Shown here one piece after another: positions 1 through 8,056 of a stretch of 64,000 nucleotides of DNA. A program made the translations under genes and the position numbers. Source of the stretch: a virus; the IMG/VR virus record IMGVR_UViG_3300035145_002419, positions 1-64,000 of that record; one strand, written 5' to 3'. How positions within the stretch are numbered: the stretch's first letter is position 1; every line of letters starts with the position of its first letter. Below the pieces are notes generated by a model, which saw only the letters and a list, made by a program, of their open reading frames with translations, searched no databases and was not told where the DNA came from.

Positions 1-252
1 TCTTGCTGGAGTGATGATGTCTGGGGCAAAAATCGCACCGATGGTAACAAGTATGGTCCCGAGTATTATTCTGCTCGCGGTGAAGATTGCCCCCCTCGTT
101 ATGATAACAATGTGAAAGAGTTTCTTTCTAATGGTGAAGAGTTCTCCTATATTTTCAGAAATGGTGAATGGGTAGCATATGATATGCACCAGTTTGAAGA
201 CAACAAACAACCTGAAATCGTCGAAATTCCTACTGGAGCACTTGCAGCATGA
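1..252 (+). CDS. hypothetical protein, 5'-truncated by window edge
   Basis: Frame open from base 1 (SCWSDDVWGK...EIPTGALAA) to TGA 250-252, overlapping next ATG. Confidence 0.7.
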   Translation, partial: SCWSDDVWGKNRTDGNKYGPEYYSARGEDCPPRYDNNVKEFLSNGEEFSYIFRNGEWVAYDMHQFEDNKQPEIVEIPTGALAA

Positions 253-530
253 TTATTGAACGTGAACAACTTACAGTCAGTCGTAAGGAATGGGAGTGTT
301 ACAGAAGCACTCCTGACTTTGTTATCGACGAGATCAATTCTACCTTTCTTGAGATCTTACAGACAACAACTAGCCCCCGTTATGCACAAAAACGTTTTTA
401 TGATTTTGCTTATGACAGTGGTTTTGATCTGTATGGACTTAGGGATACTGAGTGTTGTATAGTGGCAACAGATATTATCAATACATATTACAAATCCAAC
501 ATTGATCGTTGGGCATATATGGAGATCTAA
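249..530 (+). CDS. hypothetical protein
   Basis: 93-aa ORF, ATGA overlap with upstream stop. Confidence 0.75.
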   Translation: MIIEREQLTVSRKEWECYRSTPDFVIDEINSTFLEILQTTTSPRYAQKRFYDFAYDSGFDLYGLRDTECCIVATDIINTYYKSNIDRWAYMEI

Positions 531-537
531 ACGAACT

Positions 538-720
538 ATGTTAGACTTGGACAAGATCACTCACGAACAAAAGGAGGCACTAGCAGAAGATTGTGAAGAC
601 TTTCTTCTGCATCGACATATACCACTCCATTCACATTCATACGATAACATCATCAACCAAGCGTTGCGTGAAGGTTATCAAATGTCCAGATTTGACCGTT
701 TCATCAACAAACCAAAATGA
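538..720 (+). CDS. hypothetical protein
   Basis: ATG at 538 (MLDLDKITHEQKE) right after upstream stop; preferred to the track start at 502. Confidence 0.65.
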   Translation: MLDLDKITHEQKEALAEDCEDFLLHRHIPLHSHSYDNIINQALREGYQMSRFDRFINKPK

Positions 721-833
721 CACAGAAAGAAATCGAAGAAACTGCGGATGAGTTCTGGAAAGAAGTTGAAAAGGAAGCAGCAAAACTTGAAGTTACTGTT
801 GATTACTACATGTTGGAATTTTTCTGTTCCTGA
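717..833 (+). CDS. small acidic hypothetical protein (38 aa)
   Basis: Hand-translated MTQKEIEETADEFWKEVEKEAAKLEVTVDYYMLEFFCS; ATGA overlap. Confidence 0.6.
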   Translation: MTQKEIEETADEFWKEVEKEAAKLEVTVDYYMLEFFCS

Positions 834-842
834 CATAACTGC

Positions 843-871
843 TTGACCAACAATAACATTTACACTAAAAT
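843..871 (+). promoter_or_regulatory. sigma70-type promoter
   Basis: TTGACC-N17-TAAAAT in an intergenic gap. Confidence 0.6.
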
Positions 872-894
872 TAAGGAGTAATTTACTGAAACCG

Positions 895-1134
895 ATGGCA
901 CCTAAGTTTTTCTACATTGTTGACCATTTTGTTCCATTTCCCACATCTGAGTATGGAGGAATTTGGAATGTTGTTGCAGAACATGATGATGAATGTTTTG
1001 ATCTAATTGTTGATGAAGATGATGGATTCAATGAAAAGTATTACAATCGCCTGCGTGAAAACATTATGAAAGCGCCAACATTTCAGTTAGCTAATGACCA
1101 TCAATCTGAGATTGTGGAGGAGTTTACTACATGA
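895..1134 (+). CDS. hypothetical protein
   Basis: 79-aa ORF downstream of promoter. Confidence 0.75.
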   Translation: MAPKFFYIVDHFVPFPTSEYGGIWNVVAEHDDECFDLIVDEDDGFNEKYYNRLRENIMKAPTFQLANDHQSEIVEEFTT

Positions 1135-1361
1135 AACCTGACATGATTGTTGGATGGAAAGAGCACATCAAAAAAGGTAATGTTTGGCGTGTTGAGTTAG
1201 AACTTTCCATGCAAGAAACGCCGGGTGAGTTTCACATATACAATGTGGAGGTTTATGTAACGGCACCTACATCAGCACTTGCAATGTATATTGTCACTAC
1301 AATGTATCCAGATTATGAATCCATTTCTGTTGATGATGAACCAGTTACAACTGCCCCCTGA
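1131..1361 (+). CDS. hypothetical protein
   Basis: 76 aa, GGAGG SD, ATGA overlap. Confidence 0.7.
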   Translation: MKPDMIVGWKEHIKKGNVWRVELELSMQETPGEFHIYNVEVYVTAPTSALAMYIVTTMYPDYESISVDDEPVTTAP

Positions 1362-1647
1362 TTTTCCACACCAACCACCCGAAGGTTATCATTATGAAGT
1401 TGAATCGTTTCGACGTAATGTTTTACGCATTTGCATTGTCAATGATGGTTCTTTCTCCTATACTAATGTTGCACCTAAATGTGTATGGGGATTTGTTAAA
1501 ACGACAGGAAAGAATGGAAGCAGTAAGAAGACTTACCATGCCCCCATCAACTTCAATAAGGTAGGAAATGTGGTAGACATTAGTGATACTCGCCCCTATA
1601 CTGCAATGCAGTTAAATCTAAATCCATTAGAAGCGGCGTTTATATGA
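1333..1647 (+). CDS. hypothetical protein
   Basis: ORF 1279-1647; likely start at MMNQLQLPPDFPH (start uncertain). Confidence 0.65.
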   Translation: MMNQLQLPPDFPHQPPEGYHYEVESFRRNVLRICIVNDGSFSYTNVAPKCVWGFVKTTGKNGSSKKTYHAPINFNKVGNVVDISDTRPYTAMQLNLNPLEAAFI

Positions 1648-1916
1648 CTCACTATATTCCACAGGTGAATGATTATGTTGCATGGAAAGAACATGAAGGT
1701 TGGGTATATTTTGCCTGTCCAGAATATATCAGTATTGAACTGAGTGTAAAGTGCAAGAATGATGAAAACATAAAACATTGTCCCCTCCATGAAAAAACAC
1801 ATTGTTTGCTTGTGTGTCAAAAGTGGTATTGGGATGAGTTAGAATACGTTAAAACTAGAAAGAATAAAAATGCGGGAAGTCTTGAAGATATGGAAGTATT
1901 CGTTAGGAAGTTTTAG
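1644..1916 (+). CDS. hypothetical protein
   Basis: 90 aa, ATGA overlap. Confidence 0.7.
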   Translation: MTHYIPQVNDYVAWKEHEGWVYFACPEYISIELSVKCKNDENIKHCPLHEKTHCLLVCQKWYWDELEYVKTRKNKNAGSLEDMEVFVRKF

Positions 1917-2106
1917 CGATGATAAAACAGAACCATATGACAACTATGTGGTTCTCATACGCAGCATTATATTTGTATCTTATCTTATTACTAATTGTTT
2001 TATTATTAGCGGAGTAATTCGTCACTGGAATGAAGTACCAAGTTATCTACCAACAACCGAAAAAGAAAGGATTTGCAACACAGAAGGCAACATTCTTCAA
2101 GATTGA
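1870..2106 (+). CDS. hypothetical membrane protein
   Basis: 78 aa with one hydrophobic segment (YVVLIRSIIFVSYLITNCFIISGVI). Confidence 0.55.
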   Translation: MREVLKIWKYSLGSFSDDKTEPYDNYVVLIRSIIFVSYLITNCFIISGVIRHWNEVPSYLPTTEKERICNTEGNILQD

Positions 2107-2176
2107 AGATGCAGTTTTTTGGGAAGAACTAATGAAGAAAAATGGTTGTAAAGACTTTGAAACTCATGTAAGTTAA
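2030..2176 (+). CDS. small hypothetical protein (48 aa)
   Basis: Hand-translated MKYQVIYQQPKKKGFATQKATFFKIEDAVFWEE...; stop directly precedes repeat copy 1. Confidence 0.6.
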   Translation: MKYQVIYQQPKKKGFATQKATFFKIEDAVFWEELMKKNGCKDFETHVS

Positions 2177-2179
2177 ATA

Positions 2180-2214
2180 TTACTCACCTCTAAAGTGTAT
2201 CAGTAACGTAAGCA
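2180..2214 (+). repeat. intergenic element copy 1 (degenerate)
   Basis: TTACTCACCTCTAAAGTGTATCAGTAACGTAAGCA. Confidence 0.85.
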
Positions 2215-2221
2215 TCACATT

Positions 2222-2359
2222 ATGGACAACTACCTGACAGAACAACAAGTCGAAGAACTTGTAAACTTTGACTACATGGAAGAAGATCTTGAAGATCTTA
2301 TCCAAGACCCAGAAAAACTTGACATCAACGATTATCTTAACTCCAACATCGACTACTGA
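2222..2359 (+). CDS. small acidic hypothetical protein (45 aa)
   Basis: MDNYLTEQQVEELVNFDYMEEDLEDLIQD...; follows repeat copy 1. Confidence 0.6.
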   Translation: MDNYLTEQQVEELVNFDYMEEDLEDLIQDPEKLDINDYLNSNIDY

Positions 2360-2360
2360 A

Positions 2361-2582
2361 ATGAATTTTCCTACCGAAACTGTCAACGTGCTTGCACACC
2401 TTCAAGAACTGCGTAAGACTTGGAAAGACCAAGATTTTCGCTTGACAAAGGATCAGCAGCAACAATATGATATGTTGATGCAAGCACGAAAGGAACGTGT
2501 TGCATGGTTCTATGAAACTGGACGTGTGCAAGTTGGACCTAAAGTGACTAAGGAAAAAGAAAAAGAACAAGAAGAAGAATGA
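2361..2582 (+). CDS. hypothetical protein
   Basis: ATG 2361 (MNFPTETVNVLAHLQELRK) one base after upstream stop; preferred to the track start at 2268. Confidence 0.7.
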   Translation: MNFPTETVNVLAHLQELRKTWKDQDFRLTKDQQQQYDMLMQARKERVAWFYETGRVQVGPKVTKEKEKEQEEE

Positions 2583-2674
2583 TACAAACACCGGGGTTTC
2601 CACTACTCTGACTTAGAAGCAGAGACCATGAAGTGGTGTAAAAGAATAATTTAAGTTGATGCAACACCCATTCC

Positions 2675-2710
2675 AATCTCCTGCTATTCTAAATAGTAGG
2701 AGATTTTTTT
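2675..2710 (+). terminator. intrinsic terminator hairpin overlapping a TAAATA late-promoter box
   Basis: AATCTCCTGCTATT-CTA-AATAGTAGGAGATT followed by a T run. Confidence 0.7.
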
Positions 2711-2719
2711 GTAGATAGA

Positions 2720-3382
2720 ATGAAGACGTACATTCAGTTTATTACTGAAGTCTATGACAAAGATGTCATGGATCGTTCACAGATCAGCAAGACTGGTGAA
2801 GGTGGACGTGTGGGTGCTGATAGAAGAAAAAGTGAACCCGAACGCCGTAGAATGAAAGCAGTTGGTGGTGGTAAAATGGTGCCAGCAGCACCATATAAGG
2901 ATCGCAAAGATATTGGAACACAAAGACAAAGAAGCACACGCGAACAACAACCCGAGCAGGAACGTGGTAGTGTTGAAGTTAAAAAGACATACGCTGATAA
3001 AGTTAAAGAACGCAGAGTTGCAGCAGCAAGAGCACGGGCAGCAGCAAAAGCATCTGGTGGTAGTGATAAAGTAGCAAAAAGTTCTGTAGCAAAAGCATCA
3101 CAAGATGTAGAAAAACAAGCAGACAAGTTGTTAGCAACCAAGAAGAAAGAAGAACCTAAAAAGTCATCAACACCACGTCGTAATTGGAAAACTGACAGTG
3201 GTGGTGGAATGACAAGAAAGGAACGTGATTCTGCTAGAAATAAAGAAAAAGGTGCAGCACTGAAGTTAAAGAAAGCAGAATTAGTTCGGGACTTCACTGA
3301 GAAGAATGGTCGCCCACCAAAGGGTGCAGAACGCACAAGACTTCTGGGACTTGCACACAAGGCAGTAAAAGCAGGCATTTAA
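2720..3382 (+). CDS. basic putative internal head protein
   Basis: 220 aa, K/R/A-rich; N-terminus MKTYIQFITE resembles the T4 IP capsid-targeting sequence MKTYQEFIAE; late box upstream. Confidence 0.6.
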   Translation: MKTYIQFITEVYDKDVMDRSQISKTGEGGRVGADRRKSEPERRRMKAVGGGKMVPAAPYKDRKDIGTQRQRSTREQQPEQERGSVEVKKTYADKVKERRVAAARARAAAKASGGSDKVAKSSVAKASQDVEKQADKLLATKKKEEPKKSSTPRRNWKTDSGGGMTRKERDSARNKEKGAALKLKKAELVRDFTEKNGRPPKGAERTRLLGLAHKAVKAGI

Positions 3383-3420
3383 AAGTTACTCACCTTGAAA
3401 GTGTATCCATAGTGTAAGCA
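3382..3420 (+). repeat. intergenic element copy 2
   Basis: AAAGTTACTCACCTTGAAAGTGTATCCATAGTGTAAGCA overlapping upstream TAA. Confidence 0.85.
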
Positions 3421-3425
3421 TCGTC

Positions 3426-3461
3426 AGCACCCTTTACAAGCGTCTGTAAGGGTGCTATTAT
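3426..3461 (+). promoter_or_regulatory. sigma70-type promoter inside an inverted repeat
   Basis: TTTACA(3433)-N17-TATTAT(3456) with extended TG; AGCACCCTTTACA/TGTAAGGGTGCT arms. Confidence 0.55.
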
Positions 3462-3483
3462 TATTTTTAGGTATCAACCCACT

Positions 3484-4680
3484 GTGACTTCATTGATTAC
3501 ACTTCGTCCGCATCAGATTCGCATCCTTGATCGTATGCGGAACTACAACAAAGGTCAGATCATTGTTCCCACTGGTGGTGGTAAAACAATGTGCATGATT
3601 CAAGATACTGCACATTCGCAACAATCTAAGTGTGGTCTTACCACTGTTGTTGTTGCTCCCCGCATACTTCTTGCTGAACAGTTGTGCAGTGAATTTCTGG
3701 AAGTAATTGATACTGCATATACGCATGTGATGCACGTTCACAGTGGTGAAACGTCACACTTCTCTACAACAAATGTAGAAAACATCAACCTGTTCGTAAA
3801 TACAGCAAGGACTGCTGGTGAGAATGTTATCATCTTCACTACATATCACTCCTTGCATCGTATTCAGGAGGCAGATGTTGAAGTCAATACGATTTACTTT
3901 GATGAAGCACATAACAGCGTGCAAAGAAACTTTTTCCCTGCTACAAAACACTTTGCTGCTGTTGCTGATCGTTGCTACTTCTTCACTGCTACTCCTAAGC
4001 ATTCTCTTACTGTTTCTAAACCTGGAATGAATGATGGATCTGTTTATGGTCAGGTCTTGGTCAATGTTCCTGCACCTGAGTTAGTTGAACAGGGTTACAT
4101 TCTCCCTCCCAAAGTTGTAGTCAAGCAACTGCCTTTGGTGAAAGGTCGTAAGGTCATGTATGCAGAGGATGCTGACAATCTGCTGGAAACTATCGATGAC
4201 AATAACATCGACAAGACTCTGATTTGTGCTCGTACCACAAAGCAGATTGTTGGTCTTATATCACAATCAGACTTCTGTGCTGAGTTGTATCAACGTGGTT
4301 ATTCTTGGATGACAATCACATCTAAGACTGGTGCAATTATTGATGGCAAGAAGGTTGACCGTGAAAAGTTCTTCGACACGTTGAACACTTGGGGTCGTGA
4401 TCCTGACAAGAAGTTTGTAGTTATTCACCACAGCATTTTGTCTGAAGGTATCAATGTGTCTGGTCTTGAGGCAGTCATTTTCATGCGTAATATGGACTAC
4501 ATTGGTATCAGTCAGTCTATCGGTCGTGTGATCCGTCTGGGTGGATCTGAGAAGACGTTTGGGTTAGTTTGTGTGCCAACATATGACTCGGTTGGTATCA
4601 GCACTGCCAAAAAAGTTCAGGCAGTTGTTGATGTCGTGTTCAATCAGGGACAACCTGCCATCAGTGAAATTCGTCGATGA
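3484..4680 (+). CDS. superfamily 2 (DEAH, ResIII-like) helicase
   Basis: LRPHQ Q-motif, PTGGGKT Walker A, DEAH, TAT, LSEGIN and QSIGRVIR motifs. Confidence 0.9.
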   Translation: MTSLITLRPHQIRILDRMRNYNKGQIIVPTGGGKTMCMIQDTAHSQQSKCGLTTVVVAPRILLAEQLCSEFLEVIDTAYTHVMHVHSGETSHFSTTNVENINLFVNTARTAGENVIIFTTYHSLHRIQEADVEVNTIYFDEAHNSVQRNFFPATKHFAAVADRCYFFTATPKHSLTVSKPGMNDGSVYGQVLVNVPAPELVEQGYILPPKVVVKQLPLVKGRKVMYAEDADNLLETIDDNNIDKTLICARTTKQIVGLISQSDFCAELYQRGYSWMTITSKTGAIIDGKKVDREKFFDTLNTWGRDPDKKFVVIHHSILSEGINVSGLEAVIFMRNMDYIGISQSIGRVIRLGGSEKTFGLVCVPTYDSVGISTAKKVQAVVDVVFNQGQPAISEIRR

Positions 4681-4681
4681 C

Positions 4682-4725
4682 AAAGTTACTCACCTCCAAA
4701 GTGTCCCAGTTGTATAAGCAACACT
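4682..4725 (+). repeat. intergenic element copy 3
   Basis: AAAGTTACTCACCTCCAAAGTGTCCCAGTTGTATAAGCAACACT. Confidence 0.9.
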
Positions 4726-4728
4726 AAA

Positions 4729-5067
4729 ATGTTCGTAACTCAAACCAAACCACAGTTCCTGACCGAAGCACTCATTGAAGTGCTGAACAATGAATGGAAA
4801 GTTCTTTCACTTGAAAATGGTCGTTCTGTTTATACTCAACTTGAGTATGAAGTGGGTCGCAAGTATATTAAAGTTTGGTCTTATCTTGTCGGTGATGAGG
4901 GTAGAATCAGGGGACGTTCTTGCTGGATGTTCGTTGATAAGAACTATGGTGAATGTTACAAACCAGCATCATACAAAGCACCTGCAAAAGGTGTCCGCTA
5001 TCTGATCACTCAACTGGCAGATAATCCCCATATTTGTGATCCTTACGGTTCGTTCCTGTATCTTTGA
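4729..5067 (+). CDS. hypothetical protein
   Basis: 112 aa; GRKYIKV...FVDK..GECYKPASYKAPAKGVRY. Confidence 0.8.
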   Translation: MFVTQTKPQFLTEALIEVLNNEWKVLSLENGRSVYTQLEYEVGRKYIKVWSYLVGDEGRIRGRSCWMFVDKNYGECYKPASYKAPAKGVRYLITQLADNPHICDPYGSFLYL

Positions 5068-5069
5068 TT

Positions 5070-5330
5070 ATGTTCGCTGACACCAATCGTCAACTTCGTA
5101 AACTTTCTATCTACAAACCAATGCAATTTCGTGTGACTGAGATTGACTTTGATTTTGATTCTGATTCCTTTGATGAAGAAGTAATGGACACCGAAGATCG
5201 TCAAGAAATTATTGATGAAGTTCTAGCAACAACTTGGCAAGCAAGTGATGCTGATGATCTTGTGGAGGAGATTACATCTGCCACAGGTTGGTGCGTTAAT
5301 TCTATCGATTACATTTACATTCTGAACTGA
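5070..5330 (+). CDS. hypothetical acidic protein
   Basis: ORF 5064-5330; start uncertain (ATG 5070 or 5121). Confidence 0.7.
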   Translation: MFADTNRQLRKLSIYKPMQFRVTEIDFDFDSDSFDEEVMDTEDRQEIIDEVLATTWQASDADDLVEEITSATGWCVNSIDYIYILN

Positions 5331-5334
5331 AACC

Positions 5335-5502
5335 ATGATTACTTCCAAAGCACAAATGATCCGCATCATGAAAAAATGTGATGGGGCAGATACATTAACC
5401 CGTGAACAAAAGTTTCAAGTCTTTGTCAACGTGTGCGATAACATGTTGAAGGAAGGTAGAATGACCAAAGCAACACATAAACGTTTCACGGAGATCTGGT
5501 GA
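5335..5502 (+). CDS. small hypothetical protein (55 aa)
   Basis: Hand-translated MITSKAQMIRIMKKCDGADTLTREQKFQVF...TEIW; fills the gap exactly. Confidence 0.65.
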   Translation: MITSKAQMIRIMKKCDGADTLTREQKFQVFVNVCDNMLKEGRMTKATHKRFTEIW

Positions 5503-5711
5503 TGATTGAAGATGTCACAAATTCACCAAAAGATTGGGAAGATTTTTGGTACTCACCTGAAAAATATGGTTCTTGGGAGTATTACAATTCAGAAAGCGAA
5601 GGGCGTGACATTCGTAACATCGACCCCAATACATTACGCTACGTTGAGTATGTTATGGGTGATAGACCTTACCCACCTGCGTTCAAGCGTGGTTCAAGAT
5701 TAAGCGATTAA
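5499..5711 (+). CDS. hypothetical protein
   Basis: 70 aa; stop abuts repeat copy 4. Confidence 0.65.
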   Translation: MMIEDVTNSPKDWEDFWYSPEKYGSWEYYNSESEGRDIRNIDPNTLRYVEYVMGDRPYPPAFKRGSRLSD

Positions 5712-5754
5712 AAAGTTACTCACCTCCAAAGTGTCCTAGTTGTATGAAAAACAC
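5712..5754 (+). repeat. intergenic element copy 4 (contains ATG 5744)
   Basis: AAAGTTACTCACCTCCAAAGTGTCCTAGTTGTATGAAAAACAC. Confidence 0.95.
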
Positions 5755-6643
5755 CCACCTCGAACACCCCGAAGACGCTATCCTAACAGGCGATCTGTCT
5801 GTTCTGGATTGGTTTTCTGAACCCGATAGTTTCATCAGCACCAAAATGGATGGTGCTCCTGCTATTGTTTGGGGCACTAATCCTGCAACTGGTAAATTCT
5901 TTGTTGGCACTAAAAGTGTCTTCAACAAAGTAAAGATCAAGATCAACGAATCACACGGTGATATTGATCGCAATCATTCTGGATCTGTTGCTGATATATT
6001 ACATCATTGTCTTGATTATCTTCCCGACTTTAAGGGAATTATTCAAGGTGATTTTATTGGTTTCGGTGGTAGTGACACTTACACGCCAAATACTATCACA
6101 TATAAGTTTCCGAATGTAGTCACTGAAGAGATCATTATTGCACCGCATACTTATTACACTGCGGACAATGATTTGCGTGATGCTGTTGCTCAACCGATGA
6201 AGTTTCGGATCACTGATACTTTCTATTGCAAGTTTGTGCAACCTAAAGTGTTGCTAACTGAAAATCGTGAAGATATTGCTGATGTCTGTGAATTTGCCCG
6301 CCAGATGTCTACATTGTGTGAATTTGTAGATGACAAGAAAGCAGCAAAGATCAAGAAGGCAATCAATACGATGATTCGCAATGGTGCTGAATTAGATGAT
6401 TTTGCAATTTCAGTTTTTGCTGACTGTGACATCAATCTAGTCAGATTGTGGAAGTTGGTTGCAACAATCAAAGCAGATTTGTTTTTGTTTATTCATTCAA
6501 CTGACGATATTGAATGTTCTATCTGTGGACATGAAACGTTTCATGAAGGTTATGTAATCACAAACAAGTATGGCATGTTCAAGGTAGTTGACCGCGAAGA
6601 ATTTTCATATGCTAACTTCAACGTTCAGAAAAGTTGGTCCTGA
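5744..6643 (+). CDS. ligase-like nucleotidyltransferase-fold protein
   Basis: 299 aa; KMDG (motif I), IQGDF (III), HEGYVI (IV), FKVVDR (V) in ligase order. Confidence 0.65.
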   Translation: MKNTHLEHPEDAILTGDLSVLDWFSEPDSFISTKMDGAPAIVWGTNPATGKFFVGTKSVFNKVKIKINESHGDIDRNHSGSVADILHHCLDYLPDFKGIIQGDFIGFGGSDTYTPNTITYKFPNVVTEEIIIAPHTYYTADNDLRDAVAQPMKFRITDTFYCKFVQPKVLLTENREDIADVCEFARQMSTLCEFVDDKKAAKIKKAINTMIRNGAELDDFAISVFADCDINLVRLWKLVATIKADLFLFIHSTDDIECSICGHETFHEGYVITNKYGMFKVVDREEFSYANFNVQKSWS

Positions 6644-6645
6644 TA

Positions 6646-6689
6646 AAAGTTACTCACCTCCAAAGTGTCCTAGTTGTATGAATGACACT
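6646..6689 (+). repeat. intergenic element copy 5 (contains ATG 6678)
   Basis: AAAGTTACTCACCTCCAAAGTGTCCTAGTTGTATGAATGACACT. Confidence 0.95.
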
Positions 6690-6839
6690 ACCTACAACGA
6701 GATCTTAAAGGTCTGGAACTACGAAACACCTGACGATTTTGCAATCTTCAGTGAACTTTACTACCAGATGTTCGGTGAGGATTTTGACATTCCTTACACA
6801 ACAGAATCCACCACTTCTTCTTTCTTTCCCTACGATTGA
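6678..6839 (+). CDS. small hypothetical protein (53 aa)
   Basis: Starts at the ATG inside repeat copy 5 (MNDTTYNEILKVW). Confidence 0.65.
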   Translation: MNDTTYNEILKVWNYETPDDFAIFSELYYQMFGEDFDIPYTTESTTSSFFPYD

Positions 6840-6841
6840 TC

Positions 6842-6973
6842 ATGCGAATCTTTTTTCTTGCCTTGTTTGTTATTCTTGGTGCTAATCTTGGCATTGAATT
6901 GTTAGATAGCAACATGACACAAATTATCAAAGATCGCAACCAAACTATTCAACGTTCTATCAACAACCTTTGA
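6842..6973 (+). CDS. small membrane-anchored protein (43 aa)
   Basis: MRIFFLALFVILGANLGIELL..., hydrophobic N-terminus. Confidence 0.6.
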   Translation: MRIFFLALFVILGANLGIELLDSNMTQIIKDRNQTIQRSINNL

Positions 6974-6975
6974 TC

Positions 6976-7239
6976 ATGAAACTGTATCATCCCGAGCACA
7001 CTATTCAGGTTGATTTCTATCCTGTCAAGTATAGTGACGGAACGATTAGTGAAAGGTTAATCTACAAGACTGTAACTTTCGGTATCAATGGACCGAACCC
7101 AGTTGTCAGCAAGCGTTACATCAACCGCAAAGAAATGAATCGCGAGATTGATAGTCGCGTTCATGGATTTGGGTATGAAATAGTTGACTTTCACACTGAT
7201 CCACAACTATACAACAGCGCACTTACTTGTGCCTGCTAA
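6976..7239 (+). CDS. hypothetical protein
   Basis: ATG 6976 (MKLYHPEHTIQVDFYPV). Confidence 0.7.
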   Translation: MKLYHPEHTIQVDFYPVKYSDGTISERLIYKTVTFGINGPNPVVSKRYINRKEMNREIDSRVHGFGYEIVDFHTDPQLYNSALTCAC

Positions 7240-7266
7240 TTATTCTAATCTTATTTTCACACTAAA

Positions 7267-7431
7267 ATGACTGACAACCTTGAAATGTTGACCCAACGTG
7301 AACAACTAATGGAGGACATTGATTCTATTGTTGAATCATACTTATGTGGTAGCAATGTTAGATCTTTTGAGGTAGAAGAATTGGTCCGCATTTTATGTGA
7401 TTCTGTTTGCAAAAACTTTCCCATTAACTAA
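7267..7431 (+). CDS. small hypothetical protein (54 aa)
   Basis: Hand-translated MTDNLEMLTQREQLMEDIDSIVE...VCKNFPIN. Confidence 0.6.
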   Translation: MTDNLEMLTQREQLMEDIDSIVESYLCGSNVRSFEVEELVRILCDSVCKNFPIN

Positions 7432-7637
7432 TGTCCTTTATTTCTTTTCCCACTGATCCTAACACCATGAATCGTTCCGAACTTCAACAAAACCTTGTCG
7501 ATTGCATTGTTGATGGTATGGATATGGAGATGCTATGTCAACTTGCATGTGATGCACTTTCCACAACTTATGATGGTTATTCTGATTCAGAATTGATGGA
7601 AGAAGTAAAAGAATACTACCCACATTTGTTGGATTAA
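7431..7637 (+). CDS. hypothetical acidic protein
   Basis: 68 aa (alternative start MNRSELQ); stop overlaps repeat copy 6. Confidence 0.7.
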   Translation: MSFISFPTDPNTMNRSELQQNLVDCIVDGMDMEMLCQLACDALSTTYDGYSDSELMEEVKEYYPHLLD

Positions 7638-7684
7638 AAGTTACTCACCTCCAAAGTGTCCTAGTTGTATGAATAACACACTTT
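7637..7684 (+). repeat. intergenic element copy 6 (contains ATG 7669)
   Basis: AAAGTTACTCACCTCCAAAGTGTCCTAGTTGTATGAATAACACACTTT. Confidence 0.95.
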
Positions 7685-7845
7685 TTTCCGAAACCAACCT
7701 GACTGAACTTCAGGATTTTATGTTCGACACTATGTTACCTGCTGGTGATTGTGTTGATTGGTTCTGCGATCGTCACGATGTTAGTGCAACTGACGACGTG
7801 ATTGATTTTGTTGTTGATGCACACTTTGCCTTCTTCGGAGAGTGA
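7669..7845 (+). CDS. small acidic hypothetical protein (58 aa)
   Basis: MNNTLFSETNLTELQDFMFD...AFFGE; starts in repeat copy 6; below the ORF-track cutoff. Confidence 0.65.
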   Translation: MNNTLFSETNLTELQDFMFDTMLPAGDCVDWFCDRHDVSATDDVIDFVVDAHFAFFGE

Positions 7846-8051
7846 TACCAATGCAAGAAACTAAGTTCGATCTTTACGGCGAGTTTATTCGCCCCAATGG
7901 TCATCAACAGTATGACATTCTGAGTTACCTTGCCGAGACAAGAGAGGAGGCAATCGCTACATGTAAGCGCCTCAATCCTTACTTCCACATTATCACAATT
8001 CGGGTAGATAATACAAAACCTGAAGTTGTAAAACTCCAATCTTTAATCTGA
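7842..8051 (+). CDS. hypothetical protein
   Basis: 69 aa (ATG at 7851 is an alternative start). Confidence 0.7.
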   Translation: MIPMQETKFDLYGEFIRPNGHQQYDILSYLAETREEAIATCKRLNPYFHIITIRVDNTKPEVVKLQSLI

Positions 8052-8056
8052 AACTA

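Noticed and set aside
5716-5726. AGGTGAGT splice-donor-like sequence on the minus strand of the repeat
   Set aside because: This is a phage genome with no spliceosomal context; coincidental.
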